DNA of 64,000 bases. Source: a bacterium (lineage in GTDB: Bacteria > UBA8248). The translations under genes and the position numbers were made by a program. Below, piece by piece: positions 63,054 through 64,000 of this stretch (the stretch's first letter is position 1; each line of letters begins with the position of its first letter). Under the pieces are notes generated by a model, which saw only the letters and a program-made list of their open reading frames with translations, made no database searches and was not told where the DNA came from. The stretch is from NCBI GenBank assembly GCA_965202625.1, contig CBDBBI010000010.1, forward strand, positions 1,984,001 through 2,048,000, in the 5' to 3' direction.

Positions 63054-64000
63054 ATGACGCGCTTGAGAACGCAAGTCAAAAGATATGATTATACCGAAGG
63101 CGCCATCGGGCGAGGTCTGGTGGTTCTTTCCCTGCCCATTTTCGCAGAACTGATAGCCTGGAACGTTGACACCATCGTTGAAATTTATTGGGTGGGCCGG
63201 TTGGGTCCGGATGCGCTCGGGGCGATGTCGCTGGGATTCATGGTTCCCATGATGGTGAGAGCTGTGGGCATGGGGATTCGCGTGGCGGGACAAGCACTCA
63301 TCGCGCAGAGAATTGGCGCGAACGACGAGGAGGGAGCCGCTCTTCTCGCCGGCCAATGTATTCTGCTTCAAGTGCTTTTTTTTATCCCCCTATGCGGAGC
63401 GGGGTACCTTCTCGCCCCTCGCCTGATGGGATGGATGACGTCCGATCCGCAGCTTTTGCGTTTGGCGACAAGCTACGTGCGCGCCGGATTTCTCATGCTC
63501 TTGTTCATTGATGGCGTATTTACGCTTGCGAATATATTTCGCGGCGCCGGCGAGCCGAAGTATTCGCTTTTCGCCATGATCGTCAATTCATGCGTTACGT
63601 TCGTTGCCATGCCCGCTCTTATTTTTGGTTTTGGGCCGATTCCGCCGTTACACTTAGCCGGCGCGTATCTTGGGTTGGGCGTCGGCAGACTGACCGGATC
63701 CGCCGTCATGCTGCGTATTCTTTTTAAAGGAAACGCCAGGATACGCTTGAAGTGGCGCCATCTCGCCCCACGCTCACAGGAGATGAAGCGCGTGTTGGAG
63801 CTGGGGTGGCCCGCTTGGGGACAAATGTTTTTCGAGCGGGGCGCCAACCTTGTGTTGGTGTGGATGCTTGCTCCGTTTGGCGCGTTGGCGCTTGCGGCGT
63901 GGGGCCTGGGCAGTCGCGTCAACAACATGGGGAGGATGCCCGGATTCTCGCTTCAAGGGGCGGTGCGAACGATGGTGGGTCAAAACATCGGCGCGAGAAA
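63054..64000 (+). CDS. MATE family efflux transporter (runs off the window)
   Basis: Manual translation gives DYTEGAIGRGLVVLSLP, WVGRLGPDALGA, IAQRIGA, IFRGAG, MVGQNIGA. Confidence 0.9.
   Translation, partial: MTRLRTQVKRYDYTEGAIGRGLVVLSLPIFAELIAWNVDTIVEIYWVGRLGPDALGAMSLGFMVPMMVRAVGMGIRVAGQALIAQRIGANDEEGAALLAGQCILLQVLFFIPLCGAGYLLAPRLMGWMTSDPQLLRLATSYVRAGFLMLLFIDGVFTLANIFRGAGEPKYSLFAMIVNSCVTFVAMPALIFGFGPIPPLHLAGAYLGLGVGRLTGSAVMLRILFKGNARIRLKWRHLAPRSQEMKRVLELGWPAWGQMFFERGANLVLVWMLAPFGALALAAWGLGSRVNNMGRMPGFSLQGAVRTMVGQNIGAR

Noticed and set aside
62901-63371. N-terminal extension of the 416-aa inositol monophosphatase ORF
   Set aside because: It overlaps the MATE gene on the opposite strand; family similarity begins at MLEFIENIL (62900).

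Overview
This window is the replication-origin region of a GC-rich bacterial chromosome. It carries gyrA, gyrB, recF, oriC and dnaA on one side and rpmH-rnpA-yidD-yidC, mnmE-mnmG, two parS sites and parA-parB on the other, interleaved with accessory metabolic genes. Five things stand out. (1) Three selenoproteins that the ORF track splits at an in-frame TGA: a secreted UxxC thioredoxin, a UGSC-family protein resembling the GrdB/PrdB selenoprotein-B catalytic segment, and a Sec-type Ogt DNA alkyltransferase. Each TGA is followed by a SECIS-like hairpin whose loop begins with AG. (2) Four tandem ~340-aa paralogues of an uncharacterised family (WSDGLPVxPP) lie near the UGSC gene, suggesting a modular selenium-dependent enzyme system. 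(3) An AT-richer three-gene insert encodes an active and a degenerate BrxD/DUF2791 ATPase plus an unknown protein, a candidate defence system. (4) A soluble protein fuses a FliG C-terminal domain to two MotA cytoplasmic repeats. (5) Deletion-eroded pseudogenes (Rrf2/iscR, bactofilin, possibly jag) occur, and dnaN and rsmG are missing from their usual positions. All calls come from motif recognition by eye; no database searches were run.
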